A stretch of 41,432 nucleotides of DNA from assembly GCA_050008835.1 (NCBI GenBank), contig JBEKLV010000003.1, forward strand, positions 1 to 41,432, in the 5' to 3' direction. The DNA is from Bacteroidota bacterium. GTDB taxonomy: Bacteria > Bacteroidota > Ignavibacteria > UBA10030. Made by a program: the position numbers and the translations under genes. Positions within the stretch are counted from its first letter, which is position 1, and every line of letters begins with the position of its first letter. The notes beneath the pieces were generated by a model, which saw only the letters and a list, made by a program, of their open reading frames with translations, was not told the origin of the DNA and made no database searches. Positions 18,667 to 28,323 of the stretch are shown here, in pieces.

Positions 18667-20133
18667 ATGATTGCTGCCAAATCTCAATACCAATTCAAAC
18701 GTGGACTTGGATTGCTCGATTCGACAATGATAGTCATTGGTTCGATGATCGGCTCCGGAATTTTTATTGTCAGTGCTGATATTGGACGAGTAGTCGGAGC
18801 ACCGGGCTATCTTTTGTTAGTCTGGTTAATCACAGGCGTGATGACAATAATTGCAGCGCTTAGTTATGGCGAGCTTGCAGGCATGATGCCGCACGTTGGC
18901 GGACAGTATGCCTATCTTCGCGAGGCTTATAATCCCTTTATCGCATTTCTGTACGGTTGGACATTGTTTCTCGTCATCCAAACTGGCACCATTGCGGCTG
19001 TTGCCGTTGCATTCGCAAAGTTCACTGGTGTTCTTATTCCGTGGTTCAGTGAACAACATATTCTTCTCTCTATCGGTACATTCCACATTACAGCTGCACA
19101 AATTCTTGCTATTGCGAGTGTGGCATTATTGACATATGTAAATATGTGCGGTTTGCAAGAAGGGAAGATTGTACAGAATATTTTCACTACTACAAAAATC
19201 GTAGCGCTTTTCGGATTCATTCTTCTTGCACTTTTTGTCGGGCGAAATACTTCTGCACTTGCAGCAAATCTTGGCAGCATCTGGAATGCAACCTGGACGC
19301 AGGTTGCTGAAGGTAAGATTATTTCAATAACACAAATTTCCGGTTGGATGTTGTTATCGGCCATCGGAGTTGCGATGGTTGGTTCACTTTTTTCTGCTGA
19401 TGCATGGAACAATATTACATTCGCTGCTGCTGAGGTTACCAACCCGAAGAAAAATATCCCGATCAGTCTTGCTTTAGGAACAGGAACAGTGATTCTTATT
19501 TATCTTCTTGCAAATATAGGATACTTGCTGGTCCTGCCGTTGAATGGTTCACCCGAAGCACTTGATGCAACAGGTCGAGGAATTCAATTTGCTTCAAGCG
19601 ATCGTGTGGGTACAGCTGCTGCTTCGGTTATCTTCGGAGATAGTGCTGCGATCATAATGGCAATTATGATTATGATCTCAACATTTGGGTGTAATAACGG
19701 ATTAATACTCGCTGGTGCACGTGTGTATTATGCAATGGCGAAGGATGGATTGTTTTTTAAAAGCGCGGCGATGCTAAATAACAAATCTGTTCCCGGTACA
19801 GCATTGATAGTTCAGGGTGTGTGGACATGTCTCCTGTGTCTCTCCGGCACTTACAGTGATTTGCTCGATTATGTTGTCTTCGCGGTGTTGCTGTTTTACA
19901 TTTTAACGGTTATCGGAATATTTGTTCTAAGAAAGAAACAACCAAATGCAGAACGGCCGTATAAAGCGTTCGGTTATCCAGTTATTCCAGCCTTGTACAT
20001 TCTTCTTGCAACTGCTATATCGATAGATCTTTTGATATTCAAACCCAATTATACTTGGCCGGGACTAATTATCGTCCTGCTGGGAATTCCTGTGTATTTT
20101 ATATGGAAGAAGGTTGGTTTTAAAGCGGACTGA
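18667..20133 (+). CDS. APC-family amino acid permease (LAT-like)
   Basis: GSMIGSGIF, GGQYAYLREAY, ADAWNN, RPYKAFGYP. Confidence 0.92.
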   Translation: MIAAKSQYQFKRGLGLLDSTMIVIGSMIGSGIFIVSADIGRVVGAPGYLLLVWLITGVMTIIAALSYGELAGMMPHVGGQYAYLREAYNPFIAFLYGWTLFLVIQTGTIAAVAVAFAKFTGVLIPWFSEQHILLSIGTFHITAAQILAIASVALLTYVNMCGLQEGKIVQNIFTTTKIVALFGFILLALFVGRNTSALAANLGSIWNATWTQVAEGKIISITQISGWMLLSAIGVAMVGSLFSADAWNNITFAAAEVTNPKKNIPISLALGTGTVILIYLLANIGYLLVLPLNGSPEALDATGRGIQFASSDRVGTAAASVIFGDSAAIIMAIMIMISTFGCNNGLILAGARVYYAMAKDGLFFKSAAMLNNKSVPGTALIVQGVWTCLLCLSGTYSDLLDYVVFAVLLFYILTVIGIFVLRKKQPNAERPYKAFGYPVIPALYILLATAISIDLLIFKPNYTWPGLIIVLLGIPVYFIWKKVGFKAD

Positions 20134-20153
20134 AAAACAAACGTTTCATTCCT

Positions 20154-20210
20154 CGGGCTTAGATAATTCTGATTGAGCCGATAATTTGACGACAGAATTT
20201 TTTGATTATT
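20154..20210 (-). pseudogene. Frameshifted relic of the start of a T9SS sorting domain
   Basis: The +1 frame across the LamG stop reads NNQKILSSNYRLNQNYLSP; compare NGLNQVPSSFELFQNYPNP in the 22545-24257 protein. Confidence 0.55.
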
Positions 20211-20946
20211 TGACTTCTTGTAGTGTGTTTACATTTAAAAATTTAGATGGAATCAGTACGCGTGGCGTCGATTTAATTAATTTGATTGTCCCTTTAAACC
20301 ATGACCTCGGATCTTGTCGCGCTCCGATTGACGTTTGGGCGTTCACAAGCGCCTGAAACGACACAGTATCGCTCAATTCTTTTGCTCCATCGATATAAGT
20401 CGTCACCCTTGGATTTTTATAAACGACAGCAACGTAATGCCATTGATTCGATGTATGTAATGTTGCATCGTGGATAGTATCTAAGAGCACCAAATTACTT
20501 TTGCCATTAGCAAGATATAGATCCAAAGCCCATTTCTGGTTTTTGAGAAGACGAATTTCAAGCAGTAATCTTGCTGAAGCGGCTGAATTTTGAGCAATGT
20601 GAAGAAATCGCTGTTCGAGGTTATTAGGATTTGATGAAGAATCAGGTCTAAAAATTACCTCGAGTGTCCATGTAACCGCATTGCCAAGCGGATTGCCCTT
20701 GACCAGAAATCCATCGTTTATTCCATTAAAGTAAGCCGCTTTTCCGTGGTTGGTACTTATTATTATAGGAAGCTCAGATGCCGCTCCACTTGTTTTGTTG
20801 GGGAGAATAGTTGTTAAACATCCGCCGATGCTATCTAATCGGTCAAGATTCCAAATAGTAGCAGAAGAATCAGTTTGAGCTTGAACTTTGGACTGAAGAA
20901 AAATAATACTCACAAGAAATAGAAGTAGAGACTGTTTCTTTAACAT
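20206..20946 (-). CDS. Secreted LamG/concanavalin A-like domain protein
   Basis: Signal peptide (VQA-Q). AAYFNGIND, WTLEVIFRP, WHYVAVVY, YIDG, IGARQ, FKGTI. Confidence 0.8.
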   Translation of the reverse strand: MLKKQSLLLFLVSIIFLQSKVQAQTDSSATIWNLDRLDSIGGCLTTILPNKTSGAASELPIIISTNHGKAAYFNGINDGFLVKGNPLGNAVTWTLEVIFRPDSSSNPNNLEQRFLHIAQNSAASARLLLEIRLLKNQKWALDLYLANGKSNLVLLDTIHDATLHTSNQWHYVAVVYKNPRVTTYIDGAKELSDTVSFQALVNAQTSIGARQDPRSWFKGTIKLIKSTPRVLIPSKFLNVNTLQEVK

Positions 20947-21016
20947 GTTTTTGAAGTTGTTGTTAAATTATTTTTTGTACGGTTAAGTAATCTAAATATA
21001 TAGGATGACTGAAAAT

Positions 21017-22414
21017 TTACACTCTTCGTTTGCTCAGCACACGAGTCCAAGAAGCAAGTTGCTTCTTCACTTCATGCGGGTTTGTACTTCCTGCCGATTG
21101 TTTTTGATTCACGCTGTTCTGCGGCAGAATAAAGTCAAATACATCAGCGTCGAATTTAGCAGAGAATTGTTTCAACGTTTCGACATCAAGATTGCCAAAG
21201 TACATTTTGCGGCTGATGCAGTATGCCACTACTTTGCCGGTAATCTCATGCGCTTCTCGAAAGGGTATCCCTTTGCGCACCAAATAATCTGCCATATCTG
21301 TGGCTGAAAGGAAATCTGTACGGAGTTCTTCCTCTAAATGCACCTTGTTGAATGTTGTATGCACAAGCATATGCGCAAAGATTAGGAGGCATTGCCGCAC
21401 GGTGCTAACGACATCAAACGTCGGCATCTTGTCTTCTTGCATATCGCGGTTGTAAGCAAGCGGCAGTCCCTTCATCGTTGTAAGAAGACTGATAAGCGCG
21501 CCATAAATACGGCCGGTTTTCCCGCGCACGAGTTCTGCCATATCAGGATTCTTTTTCTGCGGCATAATACTACTGCCCGTTGTATAGGAATCGCTGATTT
21601 GAGCGAAGCTAAATTCTTTCGTTGTCCACAGAACTAATTCTTCTGCAAACCGGCTCAAATGCATAATGAGAATACTGCATGCAGCAGTAAATTCAATTAA
21701 ATAATCTCTATCACTAACGGCGTCTATGCTGTTTTCAACGATCCCATCGAAATGCAGCTTCTTTGCCACCATTGAACGATCAATTGGAAACGATGTTCCG
21801 GCAAAAGCAGCCGCACCAAGCGGAGATTTATTTAAACGCCTGCTGCAATCCTGTAAGCGCTCGAAGTCGCGCTCCAGCATGGAAATATATGCCAAGAAAT
21901 GATGAGAGAGCAAAATCGGCTGCGCGCGCTGTGTGTGTGTGTAACCAGGCATCATTATACCAAATGCTTTTTCGGATTTATAGAGCAGTATGCGTTGGAG
22001 ATTAATAACAAGTCTGCTAATCTCGCGTATTGCGTTGCGGAGGAATAGCCGCTCGTCAAGTGCAATCTGATCGTTGCGGCTTCGTGCAGTGTGCAGTTTT
22101 CCGCCAAGCGCACCGATTTTTTGTGTCAGCCGTTGTTCGATCGCCATGTGTACATCTTCGTACTCGTCAGTTAATTCAAACTCACCTGTTTCGATTTCTT
22201 TCTGGATTGATTTCAGCGCTGTGCGGATGCGCCGCATCTCAGACGCAGTCAGTACTTTGCACGCGGCAAGCATTTCAACGTGTGCAATGCTTCCGGCAAT
22301 ATCTTCCGCGTAGAGTATTTTGTCAAACTCTATGGAAGAAGAAAAATTCAATGCGATTTCAGCAAGAGGTTCTTTGAACCTACCGCCCCAAAGCGTTTGA
22401 GTTGGCATGACCAA
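21017..22414 (-). CDS. argH: Argininosuccinate lyase
   Basis: LWGGRF, LHTARSRNDQ, MPGYTH, GSSIMPQKKNPD, AYNRDMQEDK. Confidence 0.96.
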   Translation of the reverse strand: MVMPTQTLWGGRFKEPLAEIALNFSSSIEFDKILYAEDIAGSIAHVEMLAACKVLTASEMRRIRTALKSIQKEIETGEFELTDEYEDVHMAIEQRLTQKIGALGGKLHTARSRNDQIALDERLFLRNAIREISRLVINLQRILLYKSEKAFGIMMPGYTHTQRAQPILLSHHFLAYISMLERDFERLQDCSRRLNKSPLGAAAFAGTSFPIDRSMVAKKLHFDGIVENSIDAVSDRDYLIEFTAACSILIMHLSRFAEELVLWTTKEFSFAQISDSYTTGSSIMPQKKNPDMAELVRGKTGRIYGALISLLTTMKGLPLAYNRDMQEDKMPTFDVVSTVRQCLLIFAHMLVHTTFNKVHLEEELRTDFLSATDMADYLVRKGIPFREAHEITGKVVAYCISRKMYFGNLDVETLKQFSAKFDADVFDFILPQNSVNQKQSAGSTNPHEVKKQLASWTRVLSKRRV

Positions 22415-22544
22415 TGTCCGAGAAATAATGATTGATATAAGATAATTGCTTAATTCAATTTACCTAAAAATTGTGGAGAGAACAACGAAAGAAAAATGGC
22501 CGTTATATAACAGCTCTCTTAGAGTTGCCATCTTAAATAGCGTA

Positions 22545-24257
22545 TCATTTCAACAGTAACATCTTCTTTGTTTGTGAAAAACTTCCCGCCTGCAGTTGAT
22601 AAAAATACACTCCATTCGGGACTCCTTCTGTGTTCCACTGTACATAATAAGGACCAGCGGGTTTCTTTTCATTCACGAGAATTGCAACTTCGCGCCCGAG
22701 CACATCAAATACTCGCAGTGATGTATAGCTATCCATTCCTATCAAGAAACGAATAACCGTTGATGGATTAAATGGATTCGGATAATTTTGAAACAACTCA
22801 AATGAAGACGGCACCTGGTTCAATCCGTTTTCTACAGATGTTGGATATTTTTCTATATAGTTTCCCGGGAAAAGCGTTCTCCCGGTAAACGCTGCATATG
22901 TCACAGGATATTTATAGAGTCTGAATACTGAATTCAAGTATTCACCCGGATGTGTAGGGTCAGGTGGTAATGTGTCTCCCTGGGTCATAATACCGGTCGA
23001 ATTCACAGGACAAATGTATTTCCAGACGAGCACGCCAGATGATGTAACCTCCAAGAAAGTTCCTCTCGTTCCGTACGTAATTATGGTATTCCCATTAGGC
23101 AAACGCTGTGCACCGGAGATATCTTCTGCATACATCGATGTTGGAGGATTTGCAACATATGTCCAGGTAAGATTTTGAGGACCGAATGCTGTTCCGGCTA
23201 CGAGTGAATAATTTCCACTCGTATCAACCGGAGGTGTTATTTCGTCTATGGTAGAATAATTACGGCCTATACCGTTATTAAAGCACATGATGTCCCCGGC
23301 ACCAGGGCAGCCAGATTTAATCCATTCCGCATCATGCTGCTGATAATATTTCTCATCATTCATCGTCCCTGCTCCGTAGGTAATAGGATTTCCCCATCGG
23401 TACAGAAGGTCGCCTCCTTTTCCTCTTTTACCACCTGTATGACCCGCTGACTCTGTCGTTGTGGTGCTATGATCAATAATCCACACCTCGCTGTTTCCCC
23501 TTACGCTCACAGCTATCTGATTAAAAGCAGGATTGTAATCAATGCAGTTCATGTGATTCCAGAATATTGGCAGATTCTTATGATCACCTGCGGCATCTAT
23601 TAATTCCGGATGAGCACTTGGGACGCCGTAATTTAGTTTTGAAGCATCGAAATTTTGAATGAGATGATCCCACACATGCCATTCCCACACAACGTTCCCG
23701 CCAGTGGGATATGTTGGCTGTATTTCAATAACACAATCTGGAAGCAACATTTGTTTTTGCCAAAAATCCGGTTCCTGTATTTTACTCGTATCGAATCCAG
23801 CAGCGAGAATTTGTGGCGTCGTTTTTTTTTCGACTACCAGCATGATAATATTTCCATTTGGCAATCGCTTGATGTCATGGTGTTGCATATAGGTGCTCGT
23901 CGAATAATTGAGATACCAGACAAGACTGTCGTTCCAAGTATATTCTTCAACTCTTCCTCCCTCACCGCCACCGGTGCCGAGATTCCCCTGTGTCATACAT
24001 GTGCGGAGTAAATCTCCATTTTCAAGAAGATACACCGTTTGCCCAGGTGTATACTGGCTCTTTGTCCATTGATGTACAATGCGCCCATCATTATTAATCA
24101 AATAGGTCATCGTATTTTGTTTGGGGACGAACAGCGTGTACCCTGTAAATACTTTTGTCGTGTCATTTAAAAATAATCCAACTGTCCTTGTCTGTCCAGT
24201 ACCTAAAGATGATGCAAAAACAATCAATGCAACGATATGTAATTTTAATTTAATCAT
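22545..24257 (-). CDS. Aryl-sulfate sulfotransferase-family protein with T9SS CTD
   Basis: Signal peptide; QHHD, WNHMNCID, GDLLYRWGNP, QQHDAEW, SGAQRLPNGN; CTD ending KKMLLLK*. Confidence 0.8.
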   Translation of the reverse strand: MIKLKLHIVALIVFASSLGTGQTRTVGLFLNDTTKVFTGYTLFVPKQNTMTYLINNDGRIVHQWTKSQYTPGQTVYLLENGDLLRTCMTQGNLGTGGGEGGRVEEYTWNDSLVWYLNYSTSTYMQHHDIKRLPNGNIIMLVVEKKTTPQILAAGFDTSKIQEPDFWQKQMLLPDCVIEIQPTYPTGGNVVWEWHVWDHLIQNFDASKLNYGVPSAHPELIDAAGDHKNLPIFWNHMNCIDYNPAFNQIAVSVRGNSEVWIIDHSTTTTESAGHTGGKRGKGGDLLYRWGNPITYGAGTMNDEKYYQQHDAEWIKSGCPGAGDIMCFNNGIGRNYSTIDEITPPVDTSGNYSLVAGTAFGPQNLTWTYVANPPTSMYAEDISGAQRLPNGNTIITYGTRGTFLEVTSSGVLVWKYICPVNSTGIMTQGDTLPPDPTHPGEYLNSVFRLYKYPVTYAAFTGRTLFPGNYIEKYPTSVENGLNQVPSSFELFQNYPNPFNPSTVIRFLIGMDSYTSLRVFDVLGREVAILVNEKKPAGPYYVQWNTEGVPNGVYFYQLQAGSFSQTKKMLLLK

Positions 24258-24281
24258 ATCTCTCGAATTTCCAAGCTTCTG

Positions 24282-26564
24282 TTATTTTGTCAAGACCATC
24301 TTCTTCGTGGTCGTGTACGAGCCAGCTTGTATTTTGTAAAAGTAAATACCGCTGCTGAATCTTGTTGCATCCAAGGTGACTGAATACCCGCCCGGTGGTT
24401 TTACTTCATTCACCAGAACGGCAACTTCGCGTCCAAGCACATCATATAATTTCAACGTTATCAAACCGACCGCTGAAAGCTGATACCTGATGACTGTCGT
24501 GGGATTGAACGGATTTGGATAGTTCTGGTATAACCGAAATCCATCCGGATGATTTTCGCCTGATTCATTGATCCCTGTTGCAGTTCCGATATATTTTCGC
24601 GTGACACGGAACCCCACTTCACTCCACGAATCTTTCTCAGCGATCGGTCCACGATAGTACGCAGGATCACGGTTCGATACTCGTGAATGTCCGTCGTTCA
24701 CGGAGTTTATTATATCACCATTGTACCAATTTCCTCCTCGCATGCCTCGATACCGCTTGCCATCAGGCATCAGCGATGCGGAATCGAGAACAGGACCTTT
24801 TGGATTATCGTACGGACTCACACTGTAGTAGTTTGTCTCGTACCAATCATTTACAGCTTGCCATACATTACCGGCCATATCATAAAGACCAAAAGCATTT
24901 GCACCGTTGGAGGTTTGATAACTTGTTACACTTCCAGGCCAATTGTATTCAGATTTTAAATGAAGCGCCCCATTATAAAAAACCACCGGTGTTGTCCATG
25001 GATACGTTGTGGAATCTAAGCTCTCATAAGGATCCTTTGAATCGGGCCAATTGGCCTTTGTTATATCTAAATCATTTCCCCAAGGATAATTATAGTAAGG
25101 ATTTTTTTGACCGCCGCGCGCAGAATATTCCCATTCCGCTTCTGTTGGTAGGCGATAACCGGTCTTTGTAAAATCGCAGCTCTGTGTTTTGAGGGTGTAA
25201 CATTCCTGCAGCCCATTTTGCAAACTCAACCAGTTGCAGTAAGCAAGAATGCCGTACCACATAATTCCTACCACCGGGTGATTTGCCCTGAAATCAGTGA
25301 TATAGAATACTTTCCCGTCATACGATATACTGTATGAGGAAGCGTACTGGTGCGTGTAACAATAGATGTTGGTGTCTCCCACAGCGTAAACGATGTTACT
25401 TCGTACCTCTATTGATCCTTGTAACAACGATGAATTCAAAAATGCAAGATATTGTTGATTGGTTATGTCAGTTCTTGTCATAAAGAGAGAGTCGATTTTT
25501 ACTGTATGGATCGGTAGCTCATCGCTGGGATGACTTGGATCTCCAAAACCATAGTGATCGCCCATATCAAAGTTGCCACCGGGAATCAGCACTTCAACGA
25601 TATTTAAATCTTTATTATCCATTCCTCCCCGTACAAGTAAAACATTTTGTTTGGCGGTTTTATCATTGTAGGAAACAATCCCGTAATCAACATTAATATC
25701 CCATGCTATTGACGGCGTTAAATACATAGTGGTCGAAGACCAATAATTTCCTGAAAGAACATTCGGGAAATAGTGTTTATTGAATGAGGGCATAAGCAGC
25801 GTTTCGTCGTTCAATGATTGCAGTTCCTTCACACTTGGTAATCTCCAATCTGTTTTTCCAGCGAGTGAAACACTTTTACTATACACGAGGCCTTGTTCCC
25901 ACGTCATCGTATCTGGTGATTGAATTTTTTGCCAGGTCAATCCAGTATAATTATCTTTGATTGTTCCGTCAGCATTGTCGGTAAAGTGAGAGACAGAAAA
26001 TGTAGTTGAAAATGGATTCCTGACAGCCCTTACATGAAATAATTTCGTTCCGCCTGCGCTTACTGTTTCTGTCTTTGGATGAGGTCCAATTCCACCTCCG
26101 GAGTTGACGACCCACACTCTGGTAGAATCATCCGCCCGCTTTTCATTCGTCCACCAATATTGTGCCTGAGTTTTTGTAAAGAAGAGAGTATCCAACGCCG
26201 GATTGAGATGGTCGTAATTATTAATACTGAACAACTCAATGCTTGTCGGAAGGCGCCAATCAGCAAATCCCCCCAGAGTCAAATTAGTACAGTAGATGGT
26301 GGCATTCTCAATAGTCGTTTCTCCGCCATCGGTCTTCTGCCACATTAATCCAGTATTGTTATCTGTAATTGTTCCATTTCTGTTGTCGGTAAAAGACATA
26401 GGATTTATGATGAAATCCGCGTCCTCTCCCGGCGTTGAGATATAACTCGTTGATTGTCCTGTATCGGGCAGTTTGAATGGAAGAAGTTTTTGTGCCCCCA
26501 CTTGGGAAAACAACAAAACAATTATACCGGTGATGAAAGATATTCTTTGTGTTAAAGAGAACAT
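24282..26564 (-). CDS. Secreted 2xDUF1566 + FGE-sulfatase(SUMF1)-like domain protein with T9SS CTD
   Basis: Two DNxxGTIxDNxTGLxWQ...DWRLP repeats; FDMGD, YRLPTEAEWEYSARGG, NAFGLYDMAGNVW, GFR; CTD. Confidence 0.85.
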   Translation of the reverse strand: MFSLTQRISFITGIIVLLFSQVGAQKLLPFKLPDTGQSTSYISTPGEDADFIINPMSFTDNRNGTITDNNTGLMWQKTDGGETTIENATIYCTNLTLGGFADWRLPTSIELFSINNYDHLNPALDTLFFTKTQAQYWWTNEKRADDSTRVWVVNSGGGIGPHPKTETVSAGGTKLFHVRAVRNPFSTTFSVSHFTDNADGTIKDNYTGLTWQKIQSPDTMTWEQGLVYSKSVSLAGKTDWRLPSVKELQSLNDETLLMPSFNKHYFPNVLSGNYWSSTTMYLTPSIAWDINVDYGIVSYNDKTAKQNVLLVRGGMDNKDLNIVEVLIPGGNFDMGDHYGFGDPSHPSDELPIHTVKIDSLFMTRTDITNQQYLAFLNSSLLQGSIEVRSNIVYAVGDTNIYCYTHQYASSYSISYDGKVFYITDFRANHPVVGIMWYGILAYCNWLSLQNGLQECYTLKTQSCDFTKTGYRLPTEAEWEYSARGGQKNPYYNYPWGNDLDITKANWPDSKDPYESLDSTTYPWTTPVVFYNGALHLKSEYNWPGSVTSYQTSNGANAFGLYDMAGNVWQAVNDWYETNYYSVSPYDNPKGPVLDSASLMPDGKRYRGMRGGNWYNGDIINSVNDGHSRVSNRDPAYYRGPIAEKDSWSEVGFRVTRKYIGTATGINESGENHPDGFRLYQNYPNPFNPTTVIRYQLSAVGLITLKLYDVLGREVAVLVNEVKPPGGYSVTLDATRFSSGIYFYKIQAGSYTTTKKMVLTK

Positions 26565-26703
26565 AGCGTTCCCCGATTATCATTTATTTCAAGCACATCG
26601 TTTTCATACTTTTCGAATAATTACCAGCAGTAATTTTATAAAAATAAATTCTGCTGCCAAACAATAATTTTCGCGAATTGAATGATATCATATAAATTCC
26701 AGA
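26551..26703. repeat. Diverged direct repeat, copy A (partner 28170-28323)
   Basis: gagaacatagcgttccccgattatcatttatttcaagcacatc... versus gagaacatagcgctccccaattgtcatttatttcaaacatatc...; offset 1620 bp. Confidence 0.8.
26584..26703 (-). pseudogene. Orphan 39-codon 3' half of a T9SS CTD
   Basis: SGIYMISFNSRKLLFGSRIYFYKITAGNYSKSMKTMCLK* is 22/39 identical, ungapped, to the C-terminus of the 28204-30060 protein. It is preceded by an in-frame TAG. Confidence 0.8.
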
Positions 26704-26709
26704 CTAGAA

Positions 26710-28092
26710 TTATAATAACTGATCCATAACAACAGTAAATTTTGCATTTAGAAAAGGAAGATCACGGCCTCCATCAAGAACATCCATAGGGCAGACTGCA
26801 GTGACCGAAGGTATAAAAACAAACCGGCCAAATCGTATGCTAACAGGAAGCGATAGTTCATAATCTAAAATTGAAAATATATCCTTTGGACTGTTTTTCA
26901 TCTTAGTCGTAACAGTTTTTGTAACAATTTTACCTTTTTTATTTTGCTTTTGAACAAGCTCCTGCTGTCTTTCAAGAATCACCTGATTCTGTTCTCCCCA
27001 CACGCCAAGAATAGCAGGAGCAACTGTTATTGTTCTTCCGATATGCCAAGTATGTGTCGTGGTAAATTGAAAATAATATTCCGATTTATCGCTGAAATCT
27101 ATTCCAGCATTGAAGGATACATCGGCAACTGAAATTGATAGATCTAATCCAGCACCGATATTATTGTTGAAGACCGATCTGACTTGAGCGCTGCTGCTGT
27201 CAAACCAGAGATGTGTATAGCCAATTGAGCCGCCAAGGACCTGCGAAAACATAAATTCATATCCCGCACCCAAAGCAATTGCATCCCAATGTTTTTCCTG
27301 ATCTTCCATCCATGAAACACCTAATGCAAGTTTGATGCCTGTAGCATGTCGGTATGTGATTAGTGGGCTTACCGACGACTGACTTATTCCTCCATCACGG
27401 CCATGGTAGGAAGCATAACTATTGGCATCTATTGAGGCGATGAAATGGGAAGAATGATGCTCGATGGAATCTAATTGTGTATCGCGGTTCTCAATGAGCG
27501 TTTCAATATATATTTCAAGGGAATCCCTAAGTGCGGCAGCTGAATCGGTGATGGTACCGGGTATTTCACTCCATAAGTCGGATATAGAATCATGAAATGT
27601 CTGTGATGAATTGTCGGCGTCATCAAGAAAAGTGGAAAGACCGCTTTCATAATCTTCCGAACCACTGCAGCCCGAACAAGTTTGATGTGCGATCATAAGA
27701 TCTTTCATCAAACGTTGAAAACCGTCCAATTGTCTATCGAGAACCTGTTTTTGCATCTTCCCATAGTTCTTTAGCTTTCCTGAGAATTCTTTATGAAGCT
27801 GATATGCTGAATCGATTCGTGATGAATCAAGGAATTCCTTGGATGAAAGGATAAGCGAGTCACAGAATGCCTGAATTGAAGTAGTGTTAGTCGCGATTGC
27901 CGTTGATAGTAAATTAGATAATGAATCGATAAAATATTGCTGCGTGATAAGAGTTAAAACATTTGCCTTGCTAAGCGCCTGAGAATATTTCTTGCGAACG
28001 AGAGATGAATCTTCTGAAAAACGATTCTGTGCTACGAGGAACGAAATTGAAAAAAGAAATCCAAGAAATGTCGTATAAAACAATCGCTTCAT
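26710..28092 (-). CDS. Secreted hypothetical protein: helical N-terminal half, probable beta-barrel C-terminal half
   Basis: Signal peptide (LVA-Q), Ser/Asp-rich helical region with CSGC, then alternating beta strands (YHGRD, IGYTHLWF, DYELSLPV). No CTD. Confidence 0.65.
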   Translation of the reverse strand: MKRLFYTTFLGFLFSISFLVAQNRFSEDSSLVRKKYSQALSKANVLTLITQQYFIDSLSNLLSTAIATNTTSIQAFCDSLILSSKEFLDSSRIDSAYQLHKEFSGKLKNYGKMQKQVLDRQLDGFQRLMKDLMIAHQTCSGCSGSEDYESGLSTFLDDADNSSQTFHDSISDLWSEIPGTITDSAAALRDSLEIYIETLIENRDTQLDSIEHHSSHFIASIDANSYASYHGRDGGISQSSVSPLITYRHATGIKLALGVSWMEDQEKHWDAIALGAGYEFMFSQVLGGSIGYTHLWFDSSSAQVRSVFNNNIGAGLDLSISVADVSFNAGIDFSDKSEYYFQFTTTHTWHIGRTITVAPAILGVWGEQNQVILERQQELVQKQNKKGKIVTKTVTTKMKNSPKDIFSILDYELSLPVSIRFGRFVFIPSVTAVCPMDVLDGGRDLPFLNAKFTVVMDQLL

Positions 28093-28169
28093 AGTATTCC
28101 CATGCTTTCGTAAATAGCAATTCCTTTACATAGGAGAATTTAATCCCTTAGTTCTATTCAATCAAGACA

Positions 28170-28323
28170 GTTAAAGGAGAACATAGCGCTCCCCAATTGT
28201 CATTTATTTCAAACATATCATTTTCATTAGTTTTGAATAATTACCTGCAGCGAGCCGATAAAAATATATTCCACTGGACAGAGAATACTTCTGGGAATCA
28301 AATGAAACGGTATACATGCCCGG
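28170..28323. repeat. Diverged direct repeat, copy B
   Basis: 3' end of the ASST gene plus GGGGAG RBS and ATG TTC TCC (ATG at 28184), mirroring the start of the DUF1566 gene at 26564. Confidence 0.8.

Noticed and set aside
21930-21941. (TG)n microsatellite as a phase-variation tract
   Set aside because: It encodes the conserved GYTH(T)Q motif of an intact argH.
24282-26564. Diversity-generating retroelement target (DUF1566 and FGE folds are common DGR targets)
   Set aside because: No reverse transcriptase in the window and no TR/VR pair with adenine-specific mismatches. The nearby direct repeat covers a CTD and has mixed substitutions.
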